DNA of 62,540 nucleotides, counting the filler, from Chiloscyllium plagiosum (taxonomy: Eukaryota), in the NCBI RefSeq assembly GCF_004010195.1. It is 4 parts of one record of this genome, joined end to end, with 100 filler letters (N's around TTAATTAATTAA, not from the genome) between each part and the next. Parts side by side here need not be neighbours in the genome. Positions count along the whole stretch, not along the records: positions 18,376 to 32,449 come from NC_057717.1; positions 32,550 to 55,944 come from NC_057717.1; 2 more parts are not named here. The stretch is one strand, 5' to 3'. The notes under the pieces were generated by a model. The model did no database searches and was not told the origin of the DNA. It saw only the letters and a program-made list of their open reading frames with translations. The position numbers were made by a program, and so were the translations under genes. Shown here one piece after another: positions 23,401 to 36,778 of the stretch. The first letter of the stretch is position 1. Each line of letters opens with the position of its first letter.

Positions 23401-24730
23401 GCTGCTGGAGAAAATACTGAGGGATAGGATGTACTCCCAGTTGGAACAAAATGTGTTCATCAATGATAGGCAACATAGTTTTGTGCAGGGAATGTTGTGT
23501 CTTGCCAACTTAACAAAATTCTTTGAGGAATTGACAACGTTGCTTGTTGAGGAAGGTCTTTAGATGTCATATACATGGACTATAGTAAGGTGTTTGATAG
23601 GGTTCCCAATGGTACGCTGATTGAGAGAGTGAAGTCGCATAGGGTCCAGTCTGTACTAGCTCGATGGATAGAAAAGTGGCTTGGCCACAGCTCACGGAGA
23701 TTAGGAGTAGAAGGGAGTTTCTGAAAATGGAGACCTGCGAACATTGGTGTTCAACAGGAATCCGTGCTGGGACCATTGTTGTTTTCGATATACAGGAGTG
23801 ATCTGGACGAAGGTATAGATGGCCTGCTGAGCAAGTTTGCAGATGACACGAAGAATGGTGGAGGAGCAGGTAGTGAAGGGGACTGTCAGAGAATAATGAA
23901 CAATATAGATGGATTGTGGAGTTGGCAGAGAAATGGTAGATGAAATTCAATCCGGGCAAATGTGAGGTGATGTAATTTGGAAGATCTAATTCAGGAGCGA
24001 AATATACAGAAAATTGAAAAGTGCTGAGATAAATTGATGTTCAGTGATTTCTGGGTGTTCAGGTCCATTGTTCCCTGAAGATGGAACAGTGTAGTCCAGA
24101 AGGCAAATCGCATACTTTCCTTCATTCAATAGGATATTGAGTACAAGCGTTGGCAGGTCATGTTACAGTTGTATAAGACTTTTTATTCCCCACATTTGGA
24201 ATACTGCCTACAGACCTGGTTGCCACATTACAAAAAGTATGTGTATGCAATGGAGAGGGTGCAGAAGAGGTTCACTCGGTATGGTGGGTGCTCGCAATGA
24301 AGAGATTTTGAGGAGATCAGCGTTATTTTTATTAAATAGATAGAGGTCGAGCGGGGGACCTGATTGAGCTCTCCAAAATCACGGGAGAAAAAGGTAGGAT
24401 GGAGAGCAAGATTTTTATTCCCCAGAGTGGGGGACTCAATTATTAGGGGTCACGAGTTCAAAGTAAGAGGGGAAATGTCTAGGGTAGATATGCGTGGAAA
24501 TTTATTTATGCAGAGCGTGATGGGTGTCTGGAACACGTTGCCAGCAGAGATGGTAGAGGTAGTCACGATAATATCATTTAAGATGTATCTAGACAGATAT
24601 ATGAATGGGCAGGGGGCACAGGGATACAGACTCTTAGAAGGTATGTGCCAGATTTAGGTAGAGGATCTGGATCGGTCCAGGCTTGGAGGGCCGAAGGGCC
24701 TGTTCTTGTGGTGTAATTTTGTTTGTTCTT
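20460..24730 (+). mobile_element. Near full-length decayed CR1 LINE
   Basis: ORF1 KCSTC...FTCRTC zinc finger and esterase (VHVGTNE). ORF2 endonuclease (IPGYQCFR, RPPNS) and RT (QHSFVQG, FADDTK) followed by a 3' UTR GCCGAAGGGCCTGTT. Many stops and frameshifts. Confidence 0.92.
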
Positions 24731-25049
24731 TGATATCAGACAGCTTGGAAGCTTTGTACATTTTCTCAATCATATGGGAATTTCTCATTCTTTCATGTCA
24801 CTCCAATTACAAAGGATCATACATAACACATACATACACAGGTACACACTCAAAGACACAGACACAGATACACATGCATAAAAACGTAACCACATAGACC
24901 CATACACACACACGTAATGCATTACTTTGTCGAAGAATATCAATAACATTATCAATAATTAGAATCATAGCTGGAATTCAGGATAAAGAAAGGATGAGAG
25001 AAATTGTCTTATTCTGTTTGAAAAGACCATTATCTGAAATTACTAAGGT

Positions 25050-25530
25050 AAACATCATACAACACCAGGTTATATTCCAACAGGTTTATTTGGAAGCACT
25101 AGCTTTCAATGTGCTGCTCCTTCATCAGGTGTTTGTGGAGTGGAAGATCGTAAGACACAGAATTTATAGCAAAATATTAGAGTGCCATACAACTGAAATA
25201 GTATATTGAACAAACCTGGACTTTTAAGTCTTTAATCTTTTAGAATGGGTTGCAGTTTTCAGTTCATTAATATGTAAATCCCAGAACTTCATTTAAGTCG
25301 TCTTCTCAAGATAACTTAAGGTTTTACAACAAAAGGTGACACCTCAGCTCAGACAATGCATTAAAGATGTAAGGTCAGAGTCTGTCAGTGTCCCAATCTT
25401 GAGTTAGACTGGTTCTATTTTCAAAGTGGAATGAACAAAATATTTAATGCAATGACTGCCTGCTGTGACTGCCTGCAGTGTGTGCATTTTTGAGCAAAAC
25501 AGAATTTATGTGCAAATATATGTCTGCAAA
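25050..25530 (-). mobile_element. Penelope-like fragment with a degenerate hammerhead
   Basis: Begins with the same ACAACACCAGGTTAT...CTAGCTTTC...GCTCCTTCATCAGGTG module seen at 18670-18756. Confidence 0.65.
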
Positions 25531-27199
25531 TATAATGAAATTAAACTGATGTGGTGAATAATATAGCTTGTAAATTTTCCAATGCCTCCTGGCACTACTC
25601 TGTCCAACGAAATTCCATCTTCTTTAGTAAATCTGTCAGTAGTGCCCCCATGCTGCTGAAATTTGGAACAAACTTCCTGTCGAATCTGCTCAGTCCCAAA
25701 AGTCGAAGCAACTATTTCTCCATGCTCAAGGAAATTCCTCCATTGTTTTCGTCGATGCGTTCCTTCGGATCATCCTCCCATTGGTCGATGTTTTGTCCCA
25801 AGAATGTCACAAATTATGTTTTTTTTTAAGTTTATTTCCAGTTTTGTTTTTAGCAATCATTCAAAGCATTTTTCCAACTGTCACATGTGATCTTTCCATG
25901 AATGGCTAAAGATCACCACATCATCAGGTTATTTCTTAATCTGGCCACAAGTTTGTTCATGAGTCTTTGGAATGCGGCTGGTGTGTTCTTCATTCCAAAG
26001 GGTATTCCTTTGAATTGATACAGTCCATTTGGGTTTACAAATGCAGAAACTTATTTCGCTTTCTCTATTAAAGATACCTGTTTGTAACAGTGCAGTAAAT
26101 CAACTTTGCGATGTAACTGGGTTTTCCAACTTTCTCTGTACAGTCCTCCAAACTTAGTATTGGCTATGAGAGAGATTGTTTTTTCGTCGTTGACCTTCCA
26201 ATAGTCCCAAAAAATTGTTGAGTTCCATCAGCTATGGGAACTAACAAGATCAGCGAACACCACTTCACTCTGCTTCAGTTCTATGATGTCTTCATTGAGT
26301 ATCACATTCACTTCCTCTGGACCTTTTGGGCTTGAAAGGATTAAGCCAGTAAAAGTATTGTTTTATTGGAACAGCATTCCCTACTTCTATTTCATGCACA
26401 TTTGTATTAGTCCTCCCATTTTATTCCTGCATATGTACTCATAATGCTGCAACAAACCTTTCGACTGTGTTCTTTGCTCCTGACAGACAGCTAATTCTCC
26501 CACCTCATTCTTTCGGGACTTCCTCATTATTTAACGCACTTTGGGGCACATCAAACTCCATTACATCTGGATCTGATTTCTCACTCGTCACAGCAATAAA
26601 TAACACTTGCTTCTCCAATTCCCTGTCGATATTATAGTAAGGTTTCAACATATTCAGATGGCATGCCCTATACAGCTTCTTTTCTGCCCACCATCTATAT
26701 CAGATAGTTTGCCTGACTCAACCTTTTCTCAATTTGATAGGGACCACTAAACCTGCCTTTGAAGATATCTCCTACTAATAGAAATAATACTAATATATCA
26801 TCTCCTTGGGAAAAAGTCTGAATTTTATAGTTTCTATCTGCCAACTGCTTTATTCTACGTTGTGCCCTATTCAGGTGCTGTTTAGTTAACTCACCTTCCC
26901 GATTTAATTGTTCCATCACCACTGCTACATAATCTAAGTGTGAGATCTTTGACTTCGATCCTATCAATTTTTTAGTTTCCAAGGCCCTCTCACTTCCTGT
27001 CCAAATATTAACTCAAAGGTAGTAAACTGAGTAGATTCATTTGGGGCATCTCTCATGGCAATCCACACAAGTTCGATACCTTGATCCCAATCATTCAGTA
27101 TATCCTGAGTGTATATTGTCTTCAGGATCAATGCCACCTTTCGAAGGCTCCCTGGGATTTTGGATGGTATGGACTTGATTTAAAGTGTTGTAGCTTACA

Positions 27200-27850
27200 G
27201 TGGTGCTGGAACAACACAGCAGTTCATGCAGCATCCGAGGAGCAGGAAAATCGACTTTTCGGGCAAAAGCTCTTCAATAGGATACCTGATGAATTGCTTT
27301 TGCCCGAAACATCGATTTTCCTCCCTGACCTATCACCTTCATCTTCTCCCCCACTCACCTATTGTACTCTATGCTACTTTCTCCCCACCCCACCCTCCTC
27401 TAGCTTATCTCTCCACGCTTCAGGCTCNNNNNNNNNNNNNNNNNNNNNNNNNNNNNNNNNNNNNNNNNNNNNNNNNNNNNNNNNNNNNNNNNNNNNNNNN
27501 NNNNNNNNNNNNNNNNNNNNNNNNNNNNNNNNNNNNNNNNNNNNNNNNNNNNNNNNNNNNNGGACTTGTCCGACCTGCCTAGCTCCTTTTCCATCTATCC
27601 ACTCTCCCTGACCTATCACCTTCATCCACTCCCCCACTCACCTATTGTACTCTATGCTACTTTCTCCCCACCCCCACCCTCCTCTAGCTTATCTCCCCAT
27701 GCTTCAGGCTCTCTCACTTTATTCCTGATGAAGGGCTTTTGCCCGAAACGTCGATTTTGCTGCACGTCGGATGCTGCCTGAATTGCTGTGCTCTTTCAGC
27801 ACCACTGATCCAGAATCTGTTTTCCAGTATCAGCAGTTATTGTTTTTACC
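27200..27850. mobile_element. Penelope-derived palindromic fragment inserted in the Gypsy pol region (contains a 134-N gap at 27428-27561)
   Basis: GCAGCATCCGAGGAGCAGGAAAATCGAC...GTCGATTTT...GGATGCTGCC inverted arms with two hammerhead cores. Confidence 0.75.
27721..27755 (+). ncRNA. Minimal type I hammerhead ribozyme motif
   Basis: ATTC-CTGATGA(27725-27731)-A GGGC TTTT GCCC-GAAAC GTC(27745-27752)-GAT. Intact core and perfect stem II. Confidence 0.78.
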
Positions 27851-28952
27851 TGGGAGTAAGGATAGCAGAGTCTTCGCCTCACTGGGCTGAATCTAAAAAA
27901 GTCATTGTTTTTACATCATACAGGGTGTCAGCTAACTGAACCTCAACTTCTTCGTCTTTACTTCTTGCTGTAACTTATGACAGTGGCTTCTGACTACGAC
28001 ACAGTCCGGAAAACGTCCATAGCATTCTTCTTGTAACTCCTTAGTTCCTGTTCTTCCGTTGGCTTCTCCACTACAAGGGGTGTCACTCCCACCTTGGATC
28101 CTGCTAAATAATTCCCAAGAACAAATTGTATTCCTGAAACTGACATTCTGTCAATCACTCCTGCAGTAACTTCCCCAGTCTTGATTTGGCTCTCCAACCC
28201 GATCTTACACTGGGGAACGCTAACTTTCTGCGTATCTATTCAACAGATTATTACCTTCTCGGGTAACATGTCGGAGAGCGTGAAAATACTTTCATCTTTT
28301 ACTATCAGAGACTGACCAGATCCCACACCTCATGAAATAATAACTAATTCTCTTCCTGAGTAACTTTTCCCACAGAGATAAAGTCTTTACAGAGATCAGC
28401 AACTAACTCAATATCCCACCCCTGCCAAGGCTGTGCACTCTCCTGCAGCTCCTCGGCTTTTCTTTGGGTCTCCGTTACTACTTTCCCTAATACCATTGAA
28501 TTAGCCTCTTTTCCCACATCTTTTCTCACAATGCCATTCTTCCATGAATCAACACTGTGACTTTACGTGTCCCATCTTACTACCGTGGAAACACCTGAGA
28601 CCTTTCATTTTCTTGGAATTCTTTTTATCACCAATGGAGAACTAGTTAAGTGTGCTCGACTCTTTGTTTTATAGTGAAGGATCTCACCTGCTTCCACTTG
28701 CTATCCCTCACACGGATGAAATTCGTGTCTTAACTAAGTTTCACGTCATGCATCAATGCACATTTCTCGGTCATCTCTTCTGCTCTTCTCACTTCTTGAA
28801 GTTTCTGTTCATCACGTAAGTTCTCTGGAAATGAGTTTATGAACCCCTACAGCAGAGTAAACTCTCTTGACTTTATTTCCATCCTCCGAACTTGATTTTC
28901 CTGACTAATTTGCAACTACTGAAGTTCTCTTTGCCCAGCTAAGAACTTCAGT

Positions 28953-29253
28953 GGGCGGCACGGTGGCACAATGGTTAGCACTGTTGCCTCACAGCGCCAA
29001 AGACCCGGGTTCAATTTCCGCCTCAGGCGACTGACTGTGTGGAGTTTGCACATTCTCCCCGTGTCTGCGTGGGTTTCCTCCGGGTGCTCCGGTTTCCTCC
29101 CGCAGTCCAAAAATGTGCAGGTCAGGTGAATTGCCCATAGTGTTGGGTGCAGGGGTAAATGTAGGGGAATGGGTCTGGGTGGGTTGCGCTTCGGCGAGTC
29201 GGTGTGGTCTTGTTGGGCCGACGGGCCTGTTTCCACGCTGTAAGTAATCTAAT
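28953..29253 (+). mobile_element. HE1-type V-SINE nested in Gypsy gag
   Basis: GGGCGGCACGGTGGCAC head, V-domain, CR1-like tail and AATCTAATT end. Confidence 0.95.
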
Positions 29254-29844
29254 TAAAAAGAAAACACTCTCTCTCTCTTTCTCTTTCTCCTTCATCTCTC
29301 TCTTTGCCCAGCTAAGAAACGTCTCTCCTTTTTCTCTGTCTCTCTTTTCAGTCTTTTACTCCCTCTCTTCTCAGTCTCCTTTTCACTCTCTCTCTCTTCT
29401 TTCTTCTCTCTATTTGCTCAGCTAATATCCTTCTCTTCCTTTCTTTTTATTCTCATTCTGTTTGGCTCATACACAGTTTACGTTTTTCTAACTCTGCTGC
29501 ACTTCTGTTTCTCTGCTTTATATCTTAGTGTTTGACCAAGTCCATTTCAATTTCCTTATGTCCCTGGTTAAAACCAATTCTAATCGGTTTGCTAATTCCA
29601 AAAGAATATCCTTCCTCTGTCTTTCTAACCTTTCTTGGCAAATTTGGGAAGCATCTTCAAACCTCAGAACCTCTTTAGCAGTGTTAAGAGCCATTTCCCT
29701 CTCTTTTAACTTAACCGACCACATGTAATCAAAATGAAACAAATTATTTCACCTATGTTATATTTACAGATTCACAACACTAATCACCAAGTGGTTAAAT
29801 CTGCTGGAAGCTTTGGTATCCCAATTCTGTTCAAACCTGTCCAA

Positions 29845-29862
29845 ATCCCAGAAGAGCCTTCA
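29845..29862 (-). promoter_or_regulatory. Degenerate tRNA-Pro primer-binding site of the Gypsy element
   Basis: Minus strand TGAAGGCTCTTCTGGGAT versus canonical TGGGGGCTCGTCCGGGAT (14/18 match), 3 nt after an LTR-like ...TAACA end at 29866. Confidence 0.7.
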
Positions 29863-29865
29863 ATC

Positions 29866-30809
29866 TGTTAAAATGCAGAGGTCGAACCACTACTAAGTAA
29901 AGCTAAACACACAGAAACGCTCACCTCACCTTGTCATCTGTTCGAAGTGTGAGGGACTAAAAGGGAACACCTAATTGCCAGCATTTAAAGAAAAGTAACA
30001 ATTTTCTTTCCGAACAAAACTATTAAGAAATTGAACATTGTTTCCCGCAACTGAGCACAACCCTATTGACATGCTGTTCCAATAACACACAATAAATATT
30101 ACATTAACTTAATCACATGTCTACACAGTCTCAACCTTCTCTGCTGTATTCAATCTCTTACCCACTGATTTCACTTATTCCTTTTTACTAAGCGAAAGTG
30201 AGAACTGCAGATTGTGGAGATTAGAGTCAAAAGTGTTGTGCTGATGAAGGGCCTTTGCCCGAAATGTTGGTTCTGCTGCTTCTCGGATGCTACCTGACCT
30301 GCTGTGCTTTTCCAGCACCACACTCTCGACTTATTTCTTTTTACTCCGAATATGTTTTACAGCAAAATGTACCTTTTTGATAGACTGCTTTTTGATTTCT
30401 TTGAGAGCAAGATTTTAGATAGGCAGTTAGCTCTTCGACTCTACAGCGGTTGCTCTGATGTTCGGTGGCAGTTGCTCTAACCAATTTTCAAAATGCCCAC
30501 TCTTTTTTATACCCCCAACATCGTTTCCTGTCACTGGTCTGATGTCATCAAAACAATAAATTCAAACTCGATTGGGTTTTAGTATCCCGGGCATAGCTTA
30601 AACTATTCGGTTAAATTTGAATTGTTGTCAAAACAGCAACCAAAATTCAAGTATCCAGGTAACTGCCAATTATTGCATGTATCCATTTTGTAACAGCTCA
30701 TCTCCCAGCCCTTCCATTTGGGCAGCTGAGCCTGCAATTTGAGTGTACATCAATAATCAGAAAACAATGTTCATTTTAAATTGGATATACGTGCTTTGGC
30801 TTTGTAACA
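29866..30809 (-). repeat. Putative 5' LTR of the Gypsy element (PLE fragment nested at ~30195-30330)
   Basis: TGTTA...TAACA termini with the PBS adjacent. The far boundary is uncertain because no second LTR is present. Confidence 0.55.
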
Positions 30810-32449
30810 AATACCATTTAATAACACAAATTATTAACGAAGATTAATATTCGAAGTACACTTTGAATTATTGTCATTCTTAAATTATTTGCAATTAGCT
30901 AAAGCTCATACATTTCAGTGAGAAATTAAATTTGTTAATTGTGTTTTAATTCATGAGAACGCTAAATCTATTTGATTGTTGAATTATTTGCTCACTGTGA
31001 ATATGTAATGGTTTAGAGGCAAACAACTTTCGAAATGTTAGAGTGAGAATGTATTCAGTTGATTGTGATCGTACAAAAATGAGGCAAATATTCTCTGTTC
31101 AATATCAAAAAACATGTAGTTTTCTTTTATGTTCCAAACATATAGTAACAATGTAGTTGTTTTCAGAGATAATGCACGCATTGTTGTGTGAAAGAGTCGG
31201 AGTTCACATGGTATTGCTGACCCCAATTTACAAAACACAGGAGAGATTTTATTATTGTTTATACCGGAAAAATCATCACTTGCAATCACGACCTACATAA
31301 TAAATAGATTCCAAAGGATCTGACTTGAGGTATAATGCTACTGCAACTCTCAGCTGCCTGTAATACTGAGTGACACACTGGCCTACTCCTCAACTGGTCC
31401 AGTGACCTTCCAACCTGGGTCAGGGCAATTATTCAAACATACTTTCACAAGAAATCATTTGCAGCTCACCTTGGGCGGGTGAAAACTAACCAATAGCCTA
31501 TCGCTGGTCTCAGTGTAGACACAAAAACTGTCCAAATTACATACCAATGACTGACCAGCAAACGGGTCTTACAACTTCATTTTCAGTTTCAGCCTGCTCC
31601 AGGGAGCAGATGTATGGGCATGTCTTGCCAGAACACACCACACAAGTGACTTGACAGCATCTGGCCTGCCTCCACAATTCCAGATATTTGCACCCTGCAC
31701 CGGACCCAGGATGAAGAAATTCACAATTTGACTGTCTCCTATAGCACACTGTGTCTCACAGTGAACATTCTAAAGCCATAAGCAGCATATGTCACCTTCA
31801 CACTTATCAGTGTCAAAATTAAATTGAACTTCTGCGCAGATGGCCAGAGATGAATACAAGGGTCACCCAACCTGCTTTTGCGTAGGTTTCGATTGAGCTC
31901 AGTCCTGCAGAGTGCATCTGAGGGAAACAGCAGCAAATGCCAAGCCGAGAACCACTTTAATAACTGAACTGTGTGGATTTTGTCTGATGTATATCACCAC
32001 ACACACATTGTACTGACACTCAGTTGAATGTAACAATGGACACCATAAGTGCAAGTCTCGACGTAACGCCCCTCCCCAGCTTCCTCATCTCACTCCCAGC
32101 CCCATTCACCAATTGATGAGAATCTATTACCTGGGAGAAACAGTTTGTGCTTCACCTCAGGTGGTCCACTCCATCATGGCCTGTTCAACCCACTTACTGA
32201 CTGCTTTCCATTTCAGGGCTACATATTGTGCTGACTTCCGGAGCCAGTGTGACTCCCAATATCCTGGGGATCATGGAATGGAAAACATAGGAAGGCACTA
32301 ACTATTTTCTGTGAGAAACTCCGCATCATGAGAGGCAGGTTTGATCTACCAGAGGGAGAGTGATTAATATTCACAAAGGGTCAGCACAAGCCGGTACCCT
32401 GCACACTCCAGCAGCATCGCTGGGAACACCTGCACTTGTGGAGAGACTT

Positions 32450-32549
32450 NNNNNNNNNNNNNNNNNNNNNNNNNNNNNNNNNNNNNNNNNNNNTTAATTA
32501 ATTAANNNNNNNNNNNNNNNNNNNNNNNNNNNNNNNNNNNNNNNNNNNN
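32450..32549. other. Artificial scaffold linker
   Basis: 44 N + TTAATTAATTAA (32494-32505) + 44 N. Confidence 0.97.
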
Positions 32550-34329
32550 GTCTCTTCCTCGACTCACTCCAGTCAAGGAATGGTCCCTCAAATAGGAGAG
32601 CCAGGGGAAACAAACCCCAACGCTCCCTGGATGTTGGGGAAGAATAATGTAATCGATGTCAGATGGAGAATCGAATTGGGAACCAGAAGGAATGCTGAAG
32701 GCTCAGAGCGTAGCGAGTAGAGCTGGTTTAATTTATGAGAAAACTGAGAACCATCATAGAGTTGTCCCATAATCCTCTGTGGACAACTCAGAGTGAGCAT
32801 GTTAAAAGGGGAATGCAGCCGTTTCGAGCATAGAAAGGGGTTTTATAATGAGAAAAGGTTATCTGCGAGTAGTTAGGATATACTTGAATGAGTTTCAGCT
32901 GCATGTTTACTGAAACATTCAAAAGGGAATTGGATGATTATTATGACAAAAGACAATGTGGAGGATGTTGTAAATGCAGGAATGTTCGGAGGAACTAGTG
33001 AATTTACAGTGGTGGTAAGGGTTATCGATCATAAAAGATGTTACAGAGATTGACAATTTGTAGGCAGAGAGGAATGTGTCAGGTTTTTACCTGATTGTTT
33101 GCCCGTTTCAAGAAAAGAAATGTTATTGAGCTGCAATTTCATAGGCCCATTATTGAGCCTGTGATGTGCTTGTTCTGACTGTGACATTCGGGCTGGAATA
33201 GGGGCCAGAGCCTGACTCTGCACAGTCTGAGGAGAATGTCTGTGATCTTCCTGAAGGAATTTTGGAGCTCAGTTCCAGGATGGATGAGAGAAGCTGACAA
33301 TGTTGAAGCAAGAGAGGGAGCATGGGACATTCCTGATCTCATATTCAGACTGCTTGCTGGAATGGATATAAGAAGCTTTATTCACTCGGGCTTGTTCAGT
33401 TCTGAATGTATTTACGTATGCTGTGTCTGTGTCTCCACGTGATGCTGAACTGAAATAATTACAACAATAAAAAGAAATTACTTCCCGCAACACCAACTCC
33501 TAGGTATCGAATCTTGACAAACGATGAGTTAAGTAGAGCCTCAAAGCAAAATACGTTCTCACTTCCTGGCATATTGCAATTGAAGGAAACTTTTCAACTG
33601 GAGTGAATTGATTCTGCATCATTGACCATAATCTGTGAAGATCGACATTTCACTTCTCCTATCACAGTGTTAGCTCCCTCTCCAGGCCTGATGTGTCTGA
33701 GTCCCCTGTCCCTGCCCCTGTGTCTGTTCCTGTTATATTTATTTCTGGTGCCGATAGATGCAGGGCTGCATCATGTGTCAATTTCTTCAGGTATCATTTT
33801 CGTCAGGGTTTGTGCATGGTTTCACTCGAAATTGCTCATTTCGCCAAGATATTAGTCTGGCTGTTCCAGCTCCATTTTCACTTCAAACAAAACCTAAAGC
33901 TTTCCTTCAATTTGTAATCACCTTCAGCCCCGAGAACAATCCATATCCCTGTAATATCCCCCAGCTTTCACACAGCTTCCTATCTCTGTAACCTCCTCTG
34001 GACGCAACAGCCAGCCTGGTCTCTGGCACTTGCTGCCATCCCTGAATTCCTTCCTAACTTTTCAACAAGGCCAATGAAATAATAGATTTAAATAGGATGA
34101 ACCAGGTCAGTAGTAGCTGGGTTTATAAAGATGCAGCTGCAAACTGACGAAGACTGTGAACTGGATATACAAAGGGATTTTCACCATTTATACAGGAAGG
34201 ATATCGGGCTAACTAAGTGAAGTAGCATTGTATAGAAAGCATTTGATCAGTATCATTGTGATGCTAACCTATTTACACTCTGCTCCTCCCTGCCTGATCC
34301 ACTCAGATATTGGCAACCTTTGAAAACCT

Positions 34330-35790
34330 GAGAGAACAGCACAGCATTCAGGAGATCATTCTGGACGCTGTCTGCATTAGACACACAATAATGCACTTTT
34401 GAAGCCCTTGTTCTGACCCCCGGAGATTACAGGGCTTCAGGTGCAGATCTGGTCACATTTTCAATATAGTTTAGGGTGTCTGCCTCTACTCCACTTCCAT
34501 GTGTGACTTCCAGATCTCTATGATACTCGAGGTGAAAAAAACATCTCTCCTCACGGCCAGATGCATTAAATATTCATCACTGGTTACTGAGCTCTCCAAC
34601 AGGATCAAGATGTTCTCTCAAATCTATCCAGACCCCTGTCAAAATGTGCACCCCAATCAAATCTCCTCTGAGCATCCTCCATTCCAATCTCTCCTCATAA
34701 TTGCACTTTCACTTTCATAGATTAATGAATCTCCTCTGTACCTTCTTCAGTCCAATTCCATCCTTCCATGTGATGGGGTTACCAGAACGGCACACAGTAC
34801 ACAAGTTATAGCTGAACTCAATATTTATAAAGTTCCAGCTTAAGGTTCCTACCCTTATATTCTGTACTTTGGCTGATAGTTGAAAGAATGGTATTTGGTG
34901 CCTTAACGAAACTCTTGATGTGTTGAACTAACTGCAGGAATCTGCCCAAACTGACCCTACCGTCATTTATTGTGTATTTCTCTCTATTGTTGATGCCCCC
35001 ACATATCTTGCCTTGCACTTCGCTGGGTTGTTTGCTCCATTCATTTGGACACCTTTTTTTAAAGCAGTCTGCCATGTGATCTCTTGTCAAATTCACGGAA
35101 GTCAGGTCACGTTATGAGCTACAGCCTCAACTGACAGAGACAGATTAATTACACATGATCTTCCTTGAACAAATCCAGGCTGAATGTCCTAGAGTCTCTG
35201 TGTCTTTCTCAGTGACCGTATTTTCTGTGTCTCAGAATTCCAGCCTCGAACTATTCAGGCAGTCCCTGCTCCACGTTAAAAAGAAGCTGTTGTGATAGCT
35301 GTTCTCCAGTCCTCCGGCATCTTCCCTGTATCCAGTAAGGATTTTATGATGATGGTCAGTGTAAGGCAGGGAATTCTTCCATCTTATTTTAACAGCCTGG
35401 AGCATTGCATTAACTTCATGTAAGGATGTGAATCTCCTTCATTCTTTCCTCTCCATACGTTTTTAACTGCTTACAATTCAGACTACACCGTGTGGGATAT
35501 CTCACTGTTTGAGCCCAGACAGACCAAATCTTCTGATTTGGTGATGCCTCATTTTTATCGAGTTGCATGGAAGGCTTCTCTCGACAAGGGTAAGTGCATT
35601 TTCTCTTGATGCAATTCCCAAACTGCCTTATTAAATACATTCCCTGCCCGCGTGGTCTTCCTGCATTTGACACTAACTTAATGATTTTTCCCTTCGTCAT
35701 AATAACTGCCCATTGCCTAGATATCCCAGAATGAACCCAACTTCCTGCTGCAGTTGCCATCCTTAAATAAGTCAGAATTCTCTTGGATTG
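34330..35790 (-). mobile_element. Very old CR1-like LINE remnant
   Basis: Faint reverse-strand RT/C-terminal remnants (YCVPFW-like at ~34780, AGTTCTCCAGTCCTC.GGCA-like segment at ~35300). Highly degraded. Confidence 0.55.
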
Positions 35791-36443
35791 TCACTCTGAA
35801 ACTGCCTTGGGCATGACAGAGGAGGTAAAACTTGGGTCCCACTTTGTGGACAAGTCCCTGAAGTCCTGGTGGTTGGAATGGTGCAGGAAATGAACATTAT
35901 CTTCCTCAAAGACTGACGGGGGAGGCCATGACACCAGACCCTGCCAGCCTTGTCTGTGGTTGAGTCCTGGGTCATTGAAGTTCCAGCCTTATGGGTGAAT
36001 GCCCAGCTGTGTAGGACAGAGGTCAGTGGCTTTCTTCACTCCACGAGGATACGTGCCACAGTCTCTACAATCTGACCACACCCTCACTCTATCTCTGTTA
36101 CTGCTCCCACCTCTTTTTAAGGCTCATGATCTCCCATTTCCACTGAATGCAGCACCTTCACTTCGTCTCTCTAACCTCTTCTCTTTCTCTCTCCCAAACT
36201 CTGCTGGTGTCTGTGCTGCCTCTGCACTTGCTCAGGACATCTTGCCTCCTTTCCACCAGCTGGACAAGCACTCACTGCTGTCTCAATCGCTTCCATATCC
36301 TTATTGGTAATTCTCAAATTCCAGAAGGAACCATTCCACATTACGGCCAAGTGGGATAGGGTTCTCCCCAACATTTAGAACCTCACATACTAAAAGGGGA
36401 ATTATCCTGACCCTAACAACCACGAGACGCTGACTGCTCGTGT

Positions 36444-36778
36444 CCCAGAGGGACAGTCCATGAGCTGGGTGATGGTCCCTGAGCACAGTGTCCTTGCAGC
36501 AGCATTGAGTGCGTACAAACAGGGAAGGAGCAGCCCACAGGGAAAGTCCATGAGCTGGGTGGGTGTCCCTGAGCACAGTGTCCTTGCAGCAGCATTGAGT
36601 GTGCACAAACACAGAGTGAACAGCCCAGAGGGACAGTCCGTGAGCTGGGTGGGTGTCGCTGAGCACGGTGTCCTTCCAGCATCATTGGGTCTGTACAAAG
36701 ATGGAGTGAGCAGCCCAGAGGAACAGTCCATGCAGTGGGTGTGTATCCCTGAGCACCGTGTCCTTGCAGCAGCATTGC
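36444..36778. repeat. 90-bp minisatellite, ~3.7 units
   Basis: CCCA(G/C)AGG(G/A)A(C/A)AGTCC starts at 36444, 36534, 36624 and 36714. Confidence 0.95.

Larger units (their letters stand above)
25550..30809 (-). mobile_element. Decayed Gypsy LTR retrotransposon of Gmr1 type (LTR-PBS-gag-PR-IN-RT)
   Basis: Minus-strand order: gag start (MALNTAKEV, ~29700), degenerate CCHC knuckle RCFHGSKMGHVKSQC (~28550-28600), protease remnant (~28000-28340), integrase (YHPKSQG, FELIFG, RFSGPY; ~26650-27190), then RT (IPFGMKNTPAAFQRLMN; ~25600-26400). Confidence 0.88.

Noticed and set aside
27320..27712. Direct repeat of ~105 bp either side of the 134-N gap
   Set aside because: Flanks a gap inside a high-copy repeat, so it is probably an assembly effect or ordinary PLE tandem structure.
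31500..31770. RSS-like pieces (CACAGTG/CACTGTG, ACAAAAACT)
   Set aside because: No heptamer-nonamer pair at 12 or 23 bp spacing and no V or J coding segment.
32570..32800. LRR-like fragments (RSLDVG, MENRIGN, IELSHNPL)
   Set aside because: Spread over different frames with stops, and they do not fit a clean LxxLxLxxNxL register.
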